A stretch of 64,000 nt of DNA, taken from assembly GCA_051362555.1 (NCBI GenBank), contig CM120640.1, forward strand, positions 46,664,788-46,728,787, given 5' to 3'. The stretch's first letter is position 1. Each line of letters opens with the position of its first letter. Origin of the DNA: Lingula anatina. Lineage: Eukaryota; Animalia; Brachiopoda. Under the pieces are notes generated by a model. That model saw nothing but the letters and a program-made list of their open reading frames with translations. It had not been told where the DNA came from and ran no database searches. Shown one piece after another: positions 60,237 through 64,000 of this stretch. Both the position numbers and the translations under genes were made by a program.

Positions 60237-62937
60237 TGTATAGCCGCATTTTGCAACTGCAACGCATTTTGCAACCAAAGAAAAACGCGTTTTGCAACTG
60301 CAATGCATTTTGCAACTAGGATTTTTTTTGTAAGTTCCTGAAACGGTTTGAAGTAGGCCTATGGGGTGTGGTTGTCCCATAGGGTGGTTGATTGTAATTT
60401 TTACATCGTAATTTCTTCTATCTACCCGAGGATCTTTAGTAGTGTGACTTTGCAGTCATTTTTTTTTTTTTTTTTTTTTTTTTTTTGGGGGGGGGGGGTA
60501 TATTTTTTTAATATCGTTGTTACTGTTATCCCCTATCCATTAAAGTGAGGAACATAAGACGTTGGGGATATTTATACTTGCCATTAGGCAAGTGCGCGTG
60601 TCCTTAGGATTTTTAGTGACTATGGGTATGTGTTGCCGTCCCTAGGGATGGTTGATTATTATCTTTACATTGTATTTTCTGCTGTTTACCCATAGGTCTT
60701 AAGGTTGAGGAAACTAAAATGTTGGGGTGTGCATAGACACCTTTTTTGTGACTTGGGGTATGGCCGTCCCTAGGGGGTGGGGTGATTAGTAGATTGTCAG
60801 AAAATGAAGCTGATTCCATAGATTGCACTAGAGTCAGATTCACCGCAGAGCTGGACCGACCCAGCTTGTATAGTACGATGTGTGAATCTGAAGGCGGTCT
60901 TCGAGTTAGGAAGGAAGGGGAAATTAAATGCAGAGAAAGAAGCATACAGTACTTTAAAATAACAGACCTTCAGTCGTATTCTTGAATGTAGGTCAAGTTA
61001 ATTAAAACCCATTCAAGACCCCATACTCTCAGGAATCCTAGGGTCCAAGTCCCGTTGTTCTTTAACATAAAACACACATGTTAATCACTGCTCTTGGCAG
61101 TTGAACGCTAGGATTCCTGAGTGTGTGTGGCCTTGAATTAGCTTTTAATTGGATTCCCTGACCTATATATTCATGCATATGGCTGGAAGTCCATTTAGTT
61201 CTGTACATGCTTCTGCTGTTCTCTACATTTCTCAAGGACCCATGCACTCATTAAAAATGACCGGTTCATCAAACTCCAACATTTCATGTTCCTTAAAATT
61301 TAAGGGTATACTGTAGATGGCGGAAATAACGATGTGAAAAATAGAATCAACTACCCCCGAGATAGCCACACCTGAAATATCATATACTAACATTCTCGGA
61401 AACCTATGCATTTCCTCAAAAGCTTATCAGCCCGGAAGTTTTCATGTTCCTAACTGTAATGGCGTAAGGGTAGAAGCACAAATAACGATGTTAAATTTAA
61501 AATCAATTAACCTCCCCAGGGACGGCCACACCCAATGTCACAAAAACCCAGAAGGACCCATACACATCCCCAAAGACAGGTTTTTCAATCCCCATAGCCT
61601 TGCGTTCCCAACTTAATTGGTCTAAGGGTAGATTGCAGAAATTACAATGTCAATTAAAGTCAACCGCCCCCAGGACCCCCCCCCCCAGGAAAAAATCCGA
61701 AGTGCCCTTCCACATCCAAAATGGTATGATGCCACATTTCATGTTCCTAGTATAAAATACGATGTAAAATAAGAATAGTCCACCGCCAGGGTCGACCACA
61801 CCCCAAGTCACAATTAAATTTTGCAAATCCCTAATGATAAGTTAATTAATCCCCGACGTATGAAGTTCCTAACTATGATGGTCTAGGAAGTAACAATGTG
61901 AAATAGATTATGCATGTATATAATTGTCCCTCATCTGCAAAAATGTCTCTTTTTGCAATACAATACAATACAATAAATTTTATTTCATGTCGGTTTTAAA
62001 TTGAATGGAAACATTAGCTGTTAAGCTATTCGCCGACTAGGTAAGGACAAAATACATATCTACAATAATGCAATATTGACACATGAAGTCTAGTAAGAGA
62101 GTAAAAAGAAAATCTTTCTACGAAAGAGTATACAGAAACACGTGAAAAACTTTCTACAAAGAGTATACAAACACACATGAAATCTATTAAGATAGTAAAT
62201 TTTAAAAAAGTTTTTTTTATGGGAAATGTGCAAAATGCTATACCTAAAATCAATTGTGAAAAACAGACAATTCTACATACAATGCTCACTGATACAGATA
62301 TATAAATATAAAAATAATGTAAACATGTCGAATTATTACACAGTTTCACCAAGGAGTTATAACAGAGTCTGTTATAACTCCTTGGTTTCACTAAAAGCAT
62401 ATAGGTTACACAGGCTACATCTGCATTTGGGTCCTTCCCAAAGCCTTAAAAGTGATTTAAACTCATTTGAATTGATGCTTTGCTTTAAGTCATTTGAGAG
62501 ATCATTCCATATTTTTGGCCCAAGATATGACAAGGATTTTTTGCCGTATGTCACTGCGTTAAATCTGGGTATATTTAGAGTCTTTTCTCCTCTAAGGTTG
62601 TAACTTGTTATTCTTTCCTGGAAAAGGTCGGAGATGTAGGAAGGTGCAAGTCCATGTATAGCTTTGTAAACCTCAAGTGCAAGCATACGTAGCCTGTTCA
62701 AGTGCAGAGTGCTGAGGCCTGACATATTTAAAAGCTCGTCGTAACTGCTTGTGTGGCTGTCGTAGACAAATCTTAGATCCCTTTCCTGTATCTTTTCTAA
62801 TTTTTTCATATTTCCCTTACCACAAAAGTGCCATACTAACGGACAATAATTAAAGTTTGATAATGTAAAGTGCCTGAAAATGGCCGCATTTTGCAACTGA
62901 ACGCATTTTGCAACCGGTTGCAAAATGCGGCTGTACA
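60237..62937. mobile_element. TGT...ACA-ended non-autonomous DNA transposon (Ginger-like, tentative) containing a foldback repeat and a LINE
   Basis: TIRs TGTATAGCCGCATTTTGCAAC / GTTGCAAAATGCGGCTGTACA; repeated GCATTTTGCAAC; flanks acagt and ccagt (imperfect 5-bp TSD); inverted internal blocks about 60330-60850 versus 61300-61900. Confidence 0.68.
61957..62877 (-). mobile_element. 5'-truncated LINE (CR1/L2/Crack group): ORF2 C-terminus, 3' UTR and (TATTG)n tail
   Basis: ORF 62372-62977 has NYCPLVW...KLEKIQER...LALEVYK...APSYI...YNLR...GPKIWNDL, typical of post-RT ORF2; minus-strand AATAAA followed by a TATTG tail at 61957-61986. Confidence 0.9.
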
Positions 62938-63892
62938 CCAGTTTTATGAATCCCCAGCATTTCATTCTCCCCAACATCTATCTGGACAATTGAACCTTTC
63001 AAATCATTCAGATTTCAGACTTTCCGACCTTAAACGTTTTCATTAAGTATATATGGCAGGGGGTCTATCTTTTCAAACGAGCGAGATATTCTCAACATAT
63101 TATGTTGCATATTAAAAGAAAAATTTCAAGTCATAACATTCATGTCATAGTTACATAAGAGATACTTCTATAACAAGAATAATGGAATAGACGGTTTGTT
63201 AAAGATATTAATGTACAACTAATGTGGGGCAAAATTAAAACCTCGATCTCTGCCTAGTAGAGCTCTCTACCTACAATGGATAGACACACATTCTTGCTAC
63301 TGTGTACTAGCCAATACTATAAACCTGCGCCGTCAATCAAATCACACATGGTCAGCTTATGTCCTAGTTTAAAGGTAGGCAAAGTGTTTATTGATAGACT
63401 TTGTTTGTCTTATAGTGCCTTAGACCTGCCGTGATTAATCGTCCAAATATAGTCATTTTTTAATCGTCCTGAAATCTGAAAAATCGCAAACACTAAATGG
63501 GTAAAACAAAAAACTAGCTTTATGCTATTTATAGAATTTAATCTCACGGGTATCTACGAGAACATCTGAAAATAACAGCTTCAATAAACTCCAAATACGC
63601 TCTATCATGTGAGTGAGTAATGTTACTCCACCCCCACCCCCACCCCATTGCAAATACACGCGTCACTCAAAATCATTGTCTAGAATGAAACATCATATCG
63701 ACCTTTACGCCTAATTTCCACATCCAACCAGAACTGAAACATGTATGGATACAATGTCCCATGAAGTGGTAATATACTATGAAGTCTCCTAAGGGTCCTT
63801 ATTTTTTAACCAATGAAATCGCCTTCTATCATGAAGTAGTAATTCTTATCCTATGAAGTGGTAATACACTATGAAGTATCTTAACATATATA

Positions 63893-63985
63893 CACTGTAT
63901 TATTCCCATTCTGTGAAAAAACTTCTTGAATGAAAGAGGCTACACTGAGGATTTAACTAGCATGTCCTCCTTTAACATTCCAACA
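63893..63985 (+). repeat. Copy of the sequence just 3' of the hexosaminidase stop (47016-47113)
   Basis: TTGAATGAAAGAGGCT.CACTGAGGATTTAAC...AACATTCCAAC at both sites. Confidence 0.85.
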
Positions 63986-64000
63986 TTAAACTTAAAAGAA

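Noticed and set aside
62878-62977. N-terminus of the 201-aa ORF as a real start
   Set aside because: It runs through the flanking element's TIR; the LINE is 5'-truncated and lacks the RT core.
59208-63899. Tc1/mariner element bounded by TACAGTG...CACTGTA
   Set aside because: Similar sequences occur at the homologous positions of duplication copy 1, so they may be shared flank rather than TIRs.

Overview
AT-rich, intron-rich animal genomic DNA; the gene set and repeats suggest a bivalve mollusc, probably an oyster (inference). The supplied ORF track is mostly exon fragments or noise, so I rebuilt six spliced genes by hand from GT-AG boundaries, and each reads through in phase to a stop. In order: CCM2/malcavernin (+, 323-9774); ICAP1/ITGB1BP1 (-, 13318-19399), tail-to-tail with CCM2; TFIIS/TCEA (+, 19761-28407), head-to-head with ICAP1, with a U12 intron, a duplicated acceptor and a Helentron-type insert; a PH-domain PLEKHB/evectin-like protein with PSAP, PPPY and PPGGYPQQ repeats (+, 30499-33943); a 226-aa secreted class I cytokine-receptor module with no transmembrane segment and a STAT-type site next to its TATA box (-, 37039-39790); and an 884-aa chitobiase-type GH20 beta-N-acetylhexosaminidase (-, 47201-56998) inside an apparent ~13.3-kb tandem duplication. 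Many non-autonomous DNA transposons, a truncated LINE and microsatellites are also present. The best candidates for new biology are the soluble EBI3-like cytokine receptor, possibly under STAT feedback, and the CCM2-ICAP1 pair, which shares three intron positions. All family assignments come from recalled motifs; no database search was run.
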